Part shown: in pieces, positions 41,721 to 52,051 of the stretch | Position numbering within the stretch: position 1 is the stretch's first letter | How the letters are laid out: the number at the start of each line of letters is the position of its first letter | Notes under the pieces: generated by a model | Told to the model about the DNA's origin: nothing | The model's database searches: none | The model's input: only the letters and a program-made list of their open reading frames with translations | Program-made: the position numbers and the translations under genes | DNA from: a virus | Direction: 5' to 3' (one strand) | IMG/VR virus record: IMGVR_UViG_3300049489_001303 | Coordinates: 1 to 64,000 of that record | Length of the DNA stretch: 64,000 nucleotides

Positions 41721-42485
41721 TCAGGCTATTTCGCTGTCAGAGCTGGCGACCGCCGGATTTATCTCGTTGATGGTTCCGTCAGTGTTCATCGTCCTTCCCG
41801 ATATGAACCCGGTGACTGTGTCCATAGTCTGGCGGCGGACTGCATCATCTGTGGATGCTACTACTGCCAATTCTGCCGGGTGCCACGGGAATACGCGGTC
41901 GCACATACCGGAGACGTTCTCCATGATCATGTTCTGCCCAGCGTTGAAGCCTACACCGTAGCTCTGGATCATGCTGAGTTCCAGATAAACCGAGCCGATG
42001 AGGTCCTTGCCCTTATCACGGAAGATGGCGGCTAAGCCAAACGGGATGTAATACAACTCAGAGTCGAGGTTGATGTAGTACATGTCCTCGTTACTACCGG
42101 ACACGGGGGAGTCATCAAATCCTTTGACATCCAGACCTCCCATAACGGCATTGTGATAGAGTACACGGTTCAAGTTTCGACCGTTGCAGAACAAGCGTCC
42201 GATGTTCCACGAGGTCTGACTCTTACCCGATACGAAAAACAGTCGGCCAGAACCGATCGCTTGAAGAGGCTGAGTGGGTTTCTGGCTGCTGAACTGGAAT
42301 CCTTGAAGCATTCCGATAGCCAGATAAGTACTCTTCTCCTCGTCTATGAACCTCGGCGGCCCCGCCAGAACCAGGGTGTCATCCGGGTGAGCTGATGTGT
42401 AAGCAGCATTATCAGTGAAGCGCTCTACCGAGCTATCCTGAGTGTTCCACTGGCTGATTCCCTTGGTGATTCCTAATCTTGGCAT
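41721..42485 (-). CDS. Tail tube protein
   Basis: IGMLQGFQFSSQKPTQPLQAIGSGRLFFVSG pattern; downstream of the sheath gene. Confidence 0.7.
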   Translation of the reverse strand: MPRLGITKGISQWNTQDSSVERFTDNAAYTSAHPDDTLVLAGPPRFIDEEKSTYLAIGMLQGFQFSSQKPTQPLQAIGSGRLFFVSGKSQTSWNIGRLFCNGRNLNRVLYHNAVMGGLDVKGFDDSPVSGSNEDMYYINLDSELYYIPFGLAAIFRDKGKDLIGSVYLELSMIQSYGVGFNAGQNMIMENVSGMCDRVFPWHPAELAVVASTDDAVRRQTMDTVTGFISGRTMNTDGTINEINPAVASSDSEIA

Positions 42486-42531
42486 AATTGCAACCTCTCT
42501 CTTAGCGCCGCTGATGGGCGTTTTAATTCAA

Positions 42532-42993
42532 TTAAACTCTACTCAGACTGCCGTCCCGCATCAGTTTTGGTGTGGGTTGTGGCTGTATACCTGCTGCTCT
42601 TACCGCGTCATCGGCGCCAGCGCGGGAAGCTGCTTCAAAGCCAGCGGTGACAGGCAAACTGCCCTTAGCCACCGGATTGGCCCAGTTCAGGGCTTTCATC
42701 ACTTTATTTGTTTTGGCCCCGGGCAGGTCTATGCCCAACCGCTTATTTGCCTGCCAGGCTTTCTGACCGAGAGACTTAGCGGCACTGAGACCGCGGGATC
42801 CGAGAGCTCTCGCCCCAGCAGCCAGGCCTCTTCCGGCCAGCCCTTTAAGGGCCCAGGCACCAGCACCACGAAGAGCCGCCAGAAGTCCAGCCGCTACAAG
42901 GGGAGCGACAGCCTCTTTAACGAGGGGGGATGCCACGCCGTAAACAGCGTAAGCATCTCTCGCCCCAGCGACCTTGTAGCGTTCGTCCAGCAT
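42532..42993 (-). CDS. Putative internal head protein (Gly/Ala-rich, K-x-A)
   Basis: YKVAGARDAYAVYGV...LVKEA N-terminus resembles 61725..62294. Confidence 0.5.
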   Translation of the reverse strand: MLDERYKVAGARDAYAVYGVASPLVKEAVAPLVAAGLLAALRGAGAWALKGLAGRGLAAGARALGSRGLSAAKSLGQKAWQANKRLGIDLPGAKTNKVMKALNWANPVAKGSLPVTAGFEAASRAGADDAVRAAGIQPQPTPKLMRDGSLSRV

Positions 42994-42996
42994 CTA

Positions 42997-45780
42997 TCAG
43001 GCCACCAGGTGAAGGCCGATGGTGTTCAACGTCATCGGGATGTCCACAGTTACATAAGCTTCAATGCGGTCGGTGCTGACATCCGAAACCGCTACGCTGT
43101 CGATGTTGTAGCTGTTCAGAGGAGCGCCGATCTTCGCGACGAATTGTTTCTTCAGGGTCTCACCAGAGCCTTTGAGAGCGCTCTTGATGTATTCGATCGT
43201 CGAGGGCAGCACGTTCCAGCGGCCAATGAACGGGATCAGCACATCCAGGAACGTCACGGAGATATAGTCAAAGTTCTTGGTGACCATATACTCGCCGAAC
43301 TCCAACGCAGACACGTCGGTGGTGACTTCGTGGATCGAGTAGGGCAGCGTGGTGGGGGTGTCCTGGATGAAGACGTAAACGCCGCCATTGGACAGATCCG
43401 TGAGCTGCTTCTCGGTGAAGTATCCAGTAGATCCGGAGACCGTGCTGATACCGGAGATCGCCATGTTCGTGAAGCCCTGCTGAGTCGGGTTACCAGCGGT
43501 CTGGCCACCAACGGCGCAGGACAGATAGTAGCCGGGCTGCATGGCCGCCGCAACCGGAGTCGTGGGGTTAACGCGGGTCAGGCTGGCGTCTTTCAGATCT
43601 GCTACGCGCACCGAGTCCGGGTAGCAGAGGAGCATACGCTTGCTGCTATAGCTGGTCGCCGCGGCAACCATGTCAGTAACCTGCTGGTCCTTGGTCATGC
43701 TGCGCACGACTTTGTAGAACATGTTGCCCTGGCTGACCGCAGCGCCACCGATACGCGGGATATTGTGCGGAAGTTCATTTGCAGTCGTGGGTGTGTTCTT
43801 GCCGTGATTGACAATCGTCAAACGAGTCTGAGACTCTCGAGTCGCCACAACGAAGGTATCGTAAGTGGTCCAGTCGCCATCGGTTCCCGGGTTGGGATCT
43901 GCATTGGGGTTAACCGGCATGTAGATATAGTCGCCAGGGATAACGCCGTCAGTCACGAACGTTGCCGTAGAGTCTACCAGGGAGAGGTAGAGCTTGGCTG
44001 ATGGTGTGGGGTCGGGTGTTACCGTAATTGTCTCGGTCCCAGCCAGAGTAATCGTGAAACGGTTGGTAGATGTCCCCTTTTTAATAACCGTAAGGGAATC
44101 CCCAACGGCAAAAGTTGTTGGGCCTGTAGGAACTACGGCGCCAGCGGGGTCCACCTCCACATGTGTAGCATCAATAACGTGCGCCACCGTGAAGTTTGTT
44201 ACGACAGGGCCCGTGGCTTCCGTCAATCTCAGGGTATCACCCGGGAGGACACAAAGATCACCCGTGCCTGTAAAGGTAACACCCGTAAGACCCCCACCTA
44301 AGGCGATCTTAAGAGTGTGGTTAGTCGTCGGCGCTCCCGCATCCACAGTCGCCGTGGTAGCACCGCCAGAGACACCAGTGATGTTCTTCATGGCGAACTT
44401 CTCAACCGAGCCAATGCATACGCGGAACTTCTGCCGGATACCGTTGGCCAGAACGTACGTGGGATCCGAGAGGTTCCGGTTGTTCTGGTCGATCGTCGCC
44501 AGGACGCTGGGGTTCGTGGTCAGAGGCACGATGGCGTAGATGTAACGCTCGCTGCTGATCTTGTCGATGAAGTCCAGATAGCCGGCGAGGGTGTCTTCGG
44601 AGATACCGAACACTTTGACGCTGGTGGAGGTGTTGGCCTTCGCCACCGTAGCACCCACCATCAGCGGGTTACGGGCGTCGTACTTGCCCAGGTCCGCTGC
44701 CATTTCGGCGTAGGAGCCATAGGAGATCGGCATCTGCATGTCCTGGCGGAGAGCCGCGTATTCCATGTAGATGTTGCCGTAGGTCAGCGTCTTGCCTGTG
44801 AGGGTGCTGGAGAGGTCTACAGTAATGGCAGCATCGACCTCTACAGTGTTCTCATCTACCGTGATCTGACTGGCAGAAAGTTCGATGTCATCTACTTCAC
44901 GCTCAATGCGCCATACGCGCTCTGCGGCGGTTGCGGAGTTAGTCAGCGTGAAGTCATCAGCCATACGGAGACAGGTTTCGTTGGTGATTGCCAGAGTCTG
45001 AACTGCAGGGGAGTAGCCCGTAACGGCAACACCGTCGTTGTCCAGGAACTGGAGCGAGAGGGTAGCCCCAGACAATCCATTCACAGTATGGCTAACCCAA
45101 GCCTCACCCTCGGAATTGATGGCGTTTTCAATTTCCAGAATAGTGTTACTACGCACGTTTGCTACCGTATATGTGCCGTTGCGTTTGGTTCCTGCGTGGG
45201 TGTCTTCCGTGATGATAACGGTGTAGCCCGCCAGGATCTTGCCGTAGGTTATATTACCTGAAAGGAAGTCCAGGGTATGCCCGGTAGTATCGTTGATCGT
45301 AGAGCGTACAGAACTGACTACCGAAGTGATATTCGTTGTCGCGCCTGTATTGGTGTTGAGGATGTCACCCGGAGCAACACCTTTGGTCACGAAATCAACG
45401 TCACCAGCTACGGCATACGCTTCGAAGAGGTTATCCCCGGCAGTGTATGTGGCCAGATAGCTTGTATCTCCCACAACGATGCCGTGGATCTGTACCCTCG
45501 CCCCATCAATGAACACTCGAACGCTGTCTGCAGACAGGACGCCGGGCTCTCTGAGGTTGGGGGGCGAAGAGATCAGGACGGAAGCCGCAGGCGAAACGGG
45601 ATTCATGCCATCAAGTGCACCGTATTCTTGCTCGGTATTGCATTCAGTCTTGTCATCCAGGTAGTCCAGCAGCTGGTAGCAGGGGCCTACCACGAGAACT
45701 TCCATGGCGGGGCTATTGGCTACGATGCTCAGAGAGGCAAATTCCTGGTAAACGACAACGTTGGGTCTTGTAACAGCCAT
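42997..45780 (-). CDS. Contractile tail sheath protein
   Basis: N-terminal RPNVVVYQEF, C-terminal DRIEAYVTVDIPMTLNTIGLHL, L..GGVYVF motif; 927 aa with inserted domains. Confidence 0.85.
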   Translation of the reverse strand: MAVTRPNVVVYQEFASLSIVANSPAMEVLVVGPCYQLLDYLDDKTECNTEQEYGALDGMNPVSPAASVLISSPPNLREPGVLSADSVRVFIDGARVQIHGIVVGDTSYLATYTAGDNLFEAYAVAGDVDFVTKGVAPGDILNTNTGATTNITSVVSSVRSTINDTTGHTLDFLSGNITYGKILAGYTVIITEDTHAGTKRNGTYTVANVRSNTILEIENAINSEGEAWVSHTVNGLSGATLSLQFLDNDGVAVTGYSPAVQTLAITNETCLRMADDFTLTNSATAAERVWRIEREVDDIELSASQITVDENTVEVDAAITVDLSSTLTGKTLTYGNIYMEYAALRQDMQMPISYGSYAEMAADLGKYDARNPLMVGATVAKANTSTSVKVFGISEDTLAGYLDFIDKISSERYIYAIVPLTTNPSVLATIDQNNRNLSDPTYVLANGIRQKFRVCIGSVEKFAMKNITGVSGGATTATVDAGAPTTNHTLKIALGGGLTGVTFTGTGDLCVLPGDTLRLTEATGPVVTNFTVAHVIDATHVEVDPAGAVVPTGPTTFAVGDSLTVIKKGTSTNRFTITLAGTETITVTPDPTPSAKLYLSLVDSTATFVTDGVIPGDYIYMPVNPNADPNPGTDGDWTTYDTFVVATRESQTRLTIVNHGKNTPTTANELPHNIPRIGGAAVSQGNMFYKVVRSMTKDQQVTDMVAAATSYSSKRMLLCYPDSVRVADLKDASLTRVNPTTPVAAAMQPGYYLSCAVGGQTAGNPTQQGFTNMAISGISTVSGSTGYFTEKQLTDLSNGGVYVFIQDTPTTLPYSIHEVTTDVSALEFGEYMVTKNFDYISVTFLDVLIPFIGRWNVLPSTIEYIKSALKGSGETLKKQFVAKIGAPLNSYNIDSVAVSDVSTDRIEAYVTVDIPMTLNTIGLHLVA

Positions 45781-45829
45781 GGTAACGCTCCTTGTTCAAA
45801 CCACTAAGTAATATCCATCAACCACTTCA

Positions 45830-45857
45830 ATTATAGGGCAACCGGTTCAGCGCCCAA
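45830..45857 (-). promoter_or_regulatory. Sigma70-like promoter upstream of the sheath gene
   Basis: TTGGGC-16-TATAAT. Confidence 0.45.
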
Positions 45858-46587
45858 CACTTTGTGTGGCTATGTCAACAAAAAATTCCGATGCGGAGGG
45901 TGCCCGGGCATTAATACGCGCCGCAATATCCCGCAGAACCGGCGCAATAGGCTCCGTGCCCCAGCGCTGGTCGAAGATAACCTCGAACTGAACAGCAGTA
46001 ACCCAGACGTCTTTGTCCCTCTTGGAGTACTGTGTGTCACTGAGCGAGGGCTCAATGATGTCGTGCAGGCCGAAGTCAGTCCTGAAGATATCTCTGGTAG
46101 CCAGGATGAATCCCCAGATTGTCTCAGCCAGGGCACTGGACTCTCCGGCGTTGTCCGACTCACACTCGATCGTTATGGCCATGGAGACCATGCAGTGATA
46201 CGCTTTAAGACCAGTTCGCTCCCGAGTGCTGGCCAGATTGTCCACAGAGGTTTTCATAACCTTCAGCGACCCACCCCCACGGCCCACGTAGATAGCGGGT
46301 CGGTAGTTACGGACAGCCTTCTCAGTGTTGTAGGAGGACTCAACCACGACTTTACGTGGTGAACCATCCGGTGGCGGAAAGCCGTCCTGGTCATCCGCCG
46401 GCCGGTAGTCGGGATCATAGACCCAGGGCATCGGGTAGGCGTCACGCAGGGCCAGGCGTTCTCTTATGGCGAACACCCACAGGCCTATGATAGCCAGGGG
46501 GCTTCCGACAAACACATCGGCGCCTTCTGCTTCCAGGCGGGGCAGGGCGTGGTTACGGCCGTCTTTACCTGTGAGTATCAGGGGCAT
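45847..46587 (-). CDS. Tail completion/terminator-like protein
   Basis: Between neck and sheath genes; RPAIYVGRG motif. Confidence 0.5.
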   Translation of the reverse strand: MPLILTGKDGRNHALPRLEAEGADVFVGSPLAIIGLWVFAIRERLALRDAYPMPWVYDPDYRPADDQDGFPPPDGSPRKVVVESSYNTEKAVRNYRPAIYVGRGGGSLKVMKTSVDNLASTRERTGLKAYHCMVSMAITIECESDNAGESSALAETIWGFILATRDIFRTDFGLHDIIEPSLSDTQYSKRDKDVWVTAVQFEVIFDQRWGTEPIAPVLRDIAARINARAPSASEFFVDIATQSVGR

Positions 46588-47463
46588 CTAAAACCATCCT
46601 TGATTTACCCAGGGATCTACCGGGATGCTGTATTCTACGGAAGTGGTGGCTATCTCAGAAACCCTGAGCTCCTGGTGTACCACCTGAGTCTGTATAGAGG
46701 TGTTCATTTTACTGTCCACTATGAAGCGCCGGTTATCCCGCAGAAACACCAGTATGTCTTTGGGCTGCACTTCCGGGATGTAGGGCAGCATAACCTGGAG
46801 GTATCGTGTCTCAACTGTGCCAGCGGAAGCCACCTGTTCATCAGGGCCAGCCTCTGTGCGAGAGCCAAAGGTGTATACAGGGCTCCAATAGCCGGTCACA
46901 ATACCTGTGCCGTTGCAGGTGGCGCAGTGGGAGCGGGTAACTTGCCCTGTAGCACTTTTGCAGGTGCAGGCAGTGCCCCACCAACGGCGCTTCAGGATAG
47001 CTACTTCCGTACCATTGCCTTTACGCAGCGCCACATTGGCGTCCCGGCGCAGCTTGCGGATGATACCTTCCCTGCGCTGATCAGCAGCGCTACCGGATAG
47101 CTGCTCTATCACAGTAACTACACCCTCATCGGCGTGGGTGGCAGTGACCTTGTAATAGTGTATGTTGCGGAGATCCATGAGCCCGGGGTGCGTCCTATCC
47201 GCAGGCGCCGAGAAGGAATCGTCCATGTAGTAGAAGGTGTCCGTCAGAGGCGTTGTGGTTAGCAGCTCCCACGGCCCTTCAGGGCTGGCAGAACTCTCCA
47301 CTGTGAAGGTGTAACCTGTGGCGTGGGTTATGCCGGACAGTGTCCACTGCAGGTAGACCTTACGTGGCCACAGCCCCACTAACCGGGTAAACTTTACAGC
47401 GTATTGTCCGGTCTTATACTTCTGCCGGTTGACGCCATAGGTCTCTGAGAGTGGGTGTACCAT
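46588..47463 (-). CDS. Neck/head-closure protein with FN3-like N-domain and Zn finger
   Basis: LQWT...YYKVTA; CTC...CATCNGTGIVTGY; DILVF...RFIV. Confidence 0.6.
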   Translation of the reverse strand: MVHPLSETYGVNRQKYKTGQYAVKFTRLVGLWPRKVYLQWTLSGITHATGYTFTVESSASPEGPWELLTTTPLTDTFYYMDDSFSAPADRTHPGLMDLRNIHYYKVTATHADEGVVTVIEQLSGSAADQRREGIIRKLRRDANVALRKGNGTEVAILKRRWWGTACTCKSATGQVTRSHCATCNGTGIVTGYWSPVYTFGSRTEAGPDEQVASAGTVETRYLQVMLPYIPEVQPKDILVFLRDNRRFIVDSKMNTSIQTQVVHQELRVSEIATTSVEYSIPVDPWVNQGWF

Positions 47464-47952
47464 TTACCGGAACCACCGTGCACAGTAAGCATAGCCGGAT
47501 CCCAGACCGTTGCTGATATCACGCCCGTCACCCATGATGGACTCGAGATTCTCCTGCACTTTGATGCGCTGGGCGTAAGTGGCGAACTCTTCCTGGAAGT
47601 GCTGCGCCCACCGCATGTAGATGGTCTCTTTCTCATCCAACCCCACAGGCTCGATGTTGCCGTCCCGGGTCTGCATCTGATTACGCGCCTGCCTCAAGCC
47701 CTCGGACTTGAGCAGAAACCCGCAGGTTCCGCACAGCAGCACATAGCCATTGATGATGGTGGGGTCCTCGATGAAAGAAACAGGGGGTATTGCATTCCAC
47801 TTATACACCGTCAGGCGGATAGCTCGCTCGATGTCACTGTCGAGGAATTCCACGTTGTCGAGCAGGATGTTATGCTCCGGGGTATCCCGCAGAAACATCC
47901 GGATGTCATCTGAGATCAGACCAATATTATTCTTCGGCACAGTTACAGGCAT
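47464..47952 (-). CDS. Head-tail connector/adaptor protein
   Basis: DDIRMFLRD...FLDSDI helical adaptor pattern; synteny downstream of the capsid gene. Confidence 0.6.
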   Translation of the reverse strand: MPVTVPKNNIGLISDDIRMFLRDTPEHNILLDNVEFLDSDIERAIRLTVYKWNAIPPVSFIEDPTIINGYVLLCGTCGFLLKSEGLRQARNQMQTRDGNIEPVGLDEKETIYMRWAQHFQEEFATYAQRIKVQENLESIMGDGRDISNGLGSGYAYCARWFR

Positions 47953-47965
47953 CAGCGTCCCTCTT

Positions 47966-48274
47966 TCAAGGCCCTGCGGGCACTTCAGGCTCTTCCGGCG
48001 GCGTTGGCTCTGCAACCACCACTGCGACAGTCGTCGGCCCGTAGGCATTGGACTTGAAGATATATATTACCCAGGAGCCTGCGGAAGCCTCAATGGGGGC
48101 CTTCCAGTCTCCATTTTCGTCAGTTGTTGTTTCCCCGAGCCAGGTGTCGAAATCCCCAGCAGCGTATTGGATAGCAGAAAAAACACGGACAGTGGCGTCC
48201 TCTATAGGATCGCCAGATTGATCCACAACGCGTAGAGCATTTGCAATGGGGTAATTATGGGATAACGCTGCCAA
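47966..48274 (-). CDS. Carboxypeptidase-regulatory-like (transthyretin-fold) small protein
   Basis: VVDQSGDPIEDATVRVF...TTTDENGDW. Confidence 0.6.
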   Translation of the reverse strand: MAALSHNYPIANALRVVDQSGDPIEDATVRVFSAIQYAAGDFDTWLGETTTDENGDWKAPIEASAGSWVIYIFKSNAYGPTTVAVVVAEPTPPEEPEVPAGP

Positions 48275-48341
48275 AACAAAACCTCCCTGAAACTGAGAAA
48301 CAACAGCTTAATTATAGGGGATAAAGTAGAGAAGCGTGGAA

Positions 48342-48671
48342 CTAGACTGTCGGTGGGTAAACAGGCTGGTAGGAGGGGGGCTCAGAAGAGCCGGTCATAG
48401 CCGACCCAAGAGCTGCACCGCCAATGCCGGTTCCAGCGTAGCTACCCACACGAAGAGCCTTTTTGGACTTGGGGCTCAAATCCCTGAGCCACGCCTTGAG
48501 CTTGGCCGCAGCACCGGAACCTTCAATCGGGGCAGCAGATGGAACCCCCCGAGAAACTTCCGAGCGGCCTCTTCGTGCAGCGCGGCGGGCAAAGAATTTA
48601 GGGGACACTTTCATAGCGGCCTCTTTCTTTGTCCGGAAATTCTGAAGAGCTTCCTGTGCTTGTTTAAGCAT
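48342..48671 (-). CDS. Putative internal head protein
   Basis: MLKQAQE, KKEAA; basic, with a Gly-rich hydrophobic C-terminus. Confidence 0.5.
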   Translation of the reverse strand: MLKQAQEALQNFRTKKEAAMKVSPKFFARRAARRGRSEVSRGVPSAAPIEGSGAAAKLKAWLRDLSPKSKKALRVGSYAGTGIGGAALGSAMTGSSEPPSYQPVYPPTV

Positions 48672-48738
48672 GATACTTTACCTCCGAATTAGAAATCAAA
48701 CTCAGAGGAATTATAGTGTAAAGTCAGGGGGTGGAGAA

Positions 48739-49350
48739 TCAGGAAAGTTGGGTTTTAGCCCAGGAGAGAATCTTCTTAGAAGCCGACGCAGACAGACCGA
48801 GGTCTACCAGTGCGTCTTTTGTGGAGTTTGCAAGAGATTCGACCGAGTCGAACGCCTCGAGAAGAAGATCGATATTAGTCTCCGTGACTCCCGGCACCTC
48901 GGTGAACACGTCACGAAGTGTTTTTCCGGCCGTCTCAGGAGCGGGCTCTTCCGCGGGGGAAACAGTCTCTACCTCTTCTTCCGTAGCAGTGTCCGTAGTG
49001 GCCGGGGAGATCTCTTCCTCAACTGCAGGGGCTGGTTGGGCCTCTACCGTTACGGGAGCAACTTCCTCAGGCACTTCTTCCATAGCTACTACGGGAGGAT
49101 CGACTACTTCAACCACTTCCGGAGCACTCTCCCGGGGGATGGCGGGGGCAATAGGCTCCACCGCTTCAGTGATACCTTGAGTGACCAGCTCGAGGCTACT
49201 TCCCTGCGGAGGCATAAGCCTCCGAACAGCAGGATGCGCAGCTGTCGCCGGGTGCACTATGATGGTCTCACCGGGGTTTACACGGAAACCACGGACTTGA
49301 CTAACAACGACAATCCCGTCCGTTACGTTTTTGATCTCTTCGAACTTCAT
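48739..49350 (-). CDS. Acidic-linker protein with C-terminal helix-hairpin-helix domain
   Basis: FTEVPGVTETNIDLLLEAFDSVESLANST...LGLSASASKKI. Confidence 0.65.
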   Translation of the reverse strand: MKFEEIKNVTDGIVVVSQVRGFRVNPGETIIVHPATAAHPAVRRLMPPQGSSLELVTQGITEAVEPIAPAIPRESAPEVVEVVDPPVVAMEEVPEEVAPVTVEAQPAPAVEEEISPATTDTATEEEVETVSPAEEPAPETAGKTLRDVFTEVPGVTETNIDLLLEAFDSVESLANSTKDALVDLGLSASASKKILSWAKTQLS

Positions 49351-49367
49351 AGCAAACCTCACAAGCC

Positions 49368-50282
49368 TCAGGTAAAGCTGATTTCCTGGATCGCCAGACG
49401 GTTACCGATACCGAGACCGAGAGCCTCATAGCTCCAGAACTCAATAACGTCCGCTTCCTGTTTGATGTACAGAGTAGCATCCTGCAGGAGGTAGTAGTTA
49501 CCCAGGAAGTTGTTGGGAGCCTGGGGAGCAAATACCCACGCCTTGTCGGGCGAGTAGATGTCCTTTTTGATCGTCGTAACGACCGGGAGGCCCCACAGTT
49601 TCTGAGTGGACTCGATACCCTCATCGAAGTGCCGCTTCGCGATGTCGTGACCGACAGTCGTGGCCGGCAGGTCAAGAGCGTCCATGTAGCGGGCCTTCGT
49701 CATGAGCATTTTGCCCACAGGAAGGGTGCGCAGGAGCAGCTTCTTGGCCGCATTCTTGAAGGTAGAGCTTGCGAACGCCCCGGATGTAACCTGTTCGGCC
49801 ACGTTGGCAGAAGTGATCGCAGTGATGAGTTCCGCGAACTTCTTGTCTTCCTGGTCGGCCATGTCTTTAACCGAGTTGTCGGACAGGATCTTGCGAATGT
49901 CAGACGTGTAGGTCATGAGCTCGAACTTCGATTTCGTGAAGCGCTGTGACTCGATTTTACCGAAGTAAACCGAGTAACGGGGCCCACGGAACCAGGTCCG
50001 ACGACCGGTGCCCTGGAACTGTACGAACGTCGCTACAGAATCGGGCTCCTTGTCGATGATCTTCTTCGGCTGGTCGCTGTTCTCATCGCGGTCGAGCTGG
50101 TCTTCCGTGATTCCTTCCGGAACGATGATTTCGCGAACGGCCGCCGACTGACGGAGTTTCTGACGAATGAATGCCGAACTTTCGGCTTCGGCCTCTTTGA
50201 TCTGTCCTTCTTCAAGCTTACGGATGAAGTTGGAATTGATGAAGGAGGCGGAGACTTCCGGGTACTGTGTCATGTAATCCAT
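49368..50282 (-). CDS. Major capsid protein (HK97-fold, short)
   Basis: Follows protease, scaffold and decoration genes; strong codon bias, GGAGG RBS; DMADQEDKKF spine helix; WSYEALGLGIGN C-terminus. Confidence 0.75.
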   Translation of the reverse strand: MDYMTQYPEVSASFINSNFIRKLEEGQIKEAEAESSAFIRQKLRQSAAVREIIVPEGITEDQLDRDENSDQPKKIIDKEPDSVATFVQFQGTGRRTWFRGPRYSVYFGKIESQRFTKSKFELMTYTSDIRKILSDNSVKDMADQEDKKFAELITAITSANVAEQVTSGAFASSTFKNAAKKLLLRTLPVGKMLMTKARYMDALDLPATTVGHDIAKRHFDEGIESTQKLWGLPVVTTIKKDIYSPDKAWVFAPQAPNNFLGNYYLLQDATLYIKQEADVIEFWSYEALGLGIGNRLAIQEISFT

Positions 50283-50298
50283 GATAGACCTCCTCCGA

Positions 50299-50838
50299 TT
50301 ATGGTTTCGCAGGGTTGATGCCCTGCGGAACGATTACGTTAACGACACCTTTTACAGTGTCTGCGCCATCTTGACCAACAAAGCCCACGATCTGTTCGCC
50401 CTGGGCTGCCACTTTCCACTGACCGGACGTACCGGCGGAACCGACGCCGAGAGCCACACCGGGGGTCATGCCCGCGGAGGTAGCGCCAGCGAGGTTGTCA
50501 GCGATGCTGAGCTGGAACTCACAGCCACCCTGGATACAGGTGATCTTGTGGACCAGTGCACCGTCGAAATCCACGTCGCCGTCGATCGCAGTGAACATGA
50601 CCGAAGGGAAAGCTCCGATCAGAGCGGTGGCGCTGGTAGCCAGAACGGCCTGACCGGCCGAGTTCATGGCAACCAGAGTACCGGCTTTGATGGTGCCAGC
50701 GACGGGAGAGCCCTCGCTGTCAATCCATGTAGCCGCAGGGTTTCCCGGGTATACCGGGAGGACTACCAAAAGCCCTGCCTTCGCATTTGGGTGCGGGTCC
50801 CGTCCGATGATATCGAACTTAGAGTTAAGAATAGTCAT
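50299..50838 (-). CDS. Capsid decoration/cement protein
   Basis: Immediately upstream of the MCP; IKAGTLVAMNSAG-type beta-tulip-like pattern. Confidence 0.6.
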   Translation of the reverse strand: MTILNSKFDIIGRDPHPNAKAGLLVVLPVYPGNPAATWIDSEGSPVAGTIKAGTLVAMNSAGQAVLATSATALIGAFPSVMFTAIDGDVDFDGALVHKITCIQGGCEFQLSIADNLAGATSAGMTPGVALGVGSAGTSGQWKVAAQGEQIVGFVGQDGADTVKGVVNVIVPQGINPAKP

Positions 50839-50913
50839 TTTTGCATCCCTCCTAATTGAGTGCGGTTTATATCAATCACGCTGGACTCATCCTCCAACGT
50901 AACCAATCAAATA

Positions 50914-51264
50914 TTAGCTCATTATGAAATCCAACAAACGAGAATCGGCATCATATCCGTTCTGAGATGCTACTTTTTCCGTTGTAGCAGGCTCTCCCAT
51001 AGACTCCACACGGTCTGAGCGATCCCCACCGGCGAGCTTCTGAAGCAGTGAAACCACTTCCGGGCCCATCTCGGCCATCTTCGTAACCGTCTGCGGATCC
51101 ACCGAACTCCCTACCATCCCCGAGAGGTTGGAGGCTATCTTCTGTGCGGCAGCATTCTGCTGAGCGGTAGCGATCTGATATGCAGCGGCCTCTGAGGACT
51201 CAATGTGAGCCGCAGTCTTCTCCAGAAGTTCAGCTGCTTGAATCAATAAGTCGTAGTTTTGCAT
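50914..51264 (-). CDS. Scaffold/internal head protein
   Basis: All 5 Lys residues lie in K-x-A. Confidence 0.55.
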   Translation of the reverse strand: MQNYDLLIQAAELLEKTAAHIESSEAAAYQIATAQQNAAAQKIASNLSGMVGSSVDPQTVTKMAEMGPEVVSLLQKLAGGDRSDRVESMGEPATTEKVASQNGYDADSRLLDFIMS

Positions 51265-51277
51265 TTGTCAGTTCTCC

Positions 51278-52051
51278 TTAAAACAAGCTTCCGCCGGTAG
51301 CATCGCCCGCGTTCAGGTCGATGGGGGGCGCATTGGTTTCGGCCACAGTCGGTGCCGGTGTCGGAACTTTCTTTTTCGGGTCGAACACCATGCCCTTTAT
51401 GGGCCTATCCTGCTTGTCCATGTACTGGTAGTAGGTCTTCTCATCTACCGGGAAGAACTTGCCACCAGGTCCAGGCAATTCAAAAGTATTCTGCGCTTCC
51501 TGCACAACCTGATCCCCGTAAACCTGACCACGGGCCTTAGCGGCCCTTTCGGCGTTCTGTTGAGCAAGAATAGGGTCAGCCTGATTACCAGTAGTCCCCG
51601 CATCGGCGCTCCGTACAGTCTCACCACGAGCCTTTGCAGCAGCAGCTTCGCGATCGATAGCAGCCAACCCCGCAGCGTCGCCACCCACCGGCACCGGGGG
51701 TGCTTGTTTGACAGGCGTTCCGGTAGTGGGATCTTTGGCGACCATGTTCGGGAGCACCGTGGGCCTCGGCTGTTTAGCCTGGGGCGGAGGTGCGGGAGCT
51801 GCCGCGGTCTGTCCCGTAGGGGCAACAGGAGCTTTCCCCGCCGTAGCAGGCGCTTGTGCGGGTGCTTGAGCAGGAGCAGCGGGCTGCTGCGCCATCTTAT
51901 CCATGACACTCGCCAGGCTGATCAAACCCTTAGCCCCGGCAAGAACCTGTGCACACTTGATAGTATGCGCATACTTCTGCTCGGCGGCTTGTTTTCGCAA
52001 GCCAGCGGCAGCTTCACGGAGTTGGGTGACCATATTATTGTTGTCAGCCAT
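51278..52051 (-). CDS. Pro/Ala-rich internal head protein
   Basis: N-terminal K-x-A motifs, then a low-complexity region. Confidence 0.5.
   Translation of the reverse strand: MADNNNMVTQLREAAAGLRKQAAEQKYAHTIKCAQVLAGAKGLISLASVMDKMAQQPAAPAQAPAQAPATAGKAPVAPTGQTAAAPAPPPQAKQPRPTVLPNMVAKDPTTGTPVKQAPPVPVGGDAAGLAAIDREAAAAKARGETVRSADAGTTGNQADPILAQQNAERAAKARGQVYGDQVVQEAQNTFELPGPGGKFFPVDEKTYYQYMDKQDRPIKGMVFDPKKKVPTPAPTVAETNAPPIDLNAGDATGGSLF

Noticed and set aside
42442-44001. 519-aa plus-strand ORF
   Set aside because: Antisense to the well-supported tail sheath gene.
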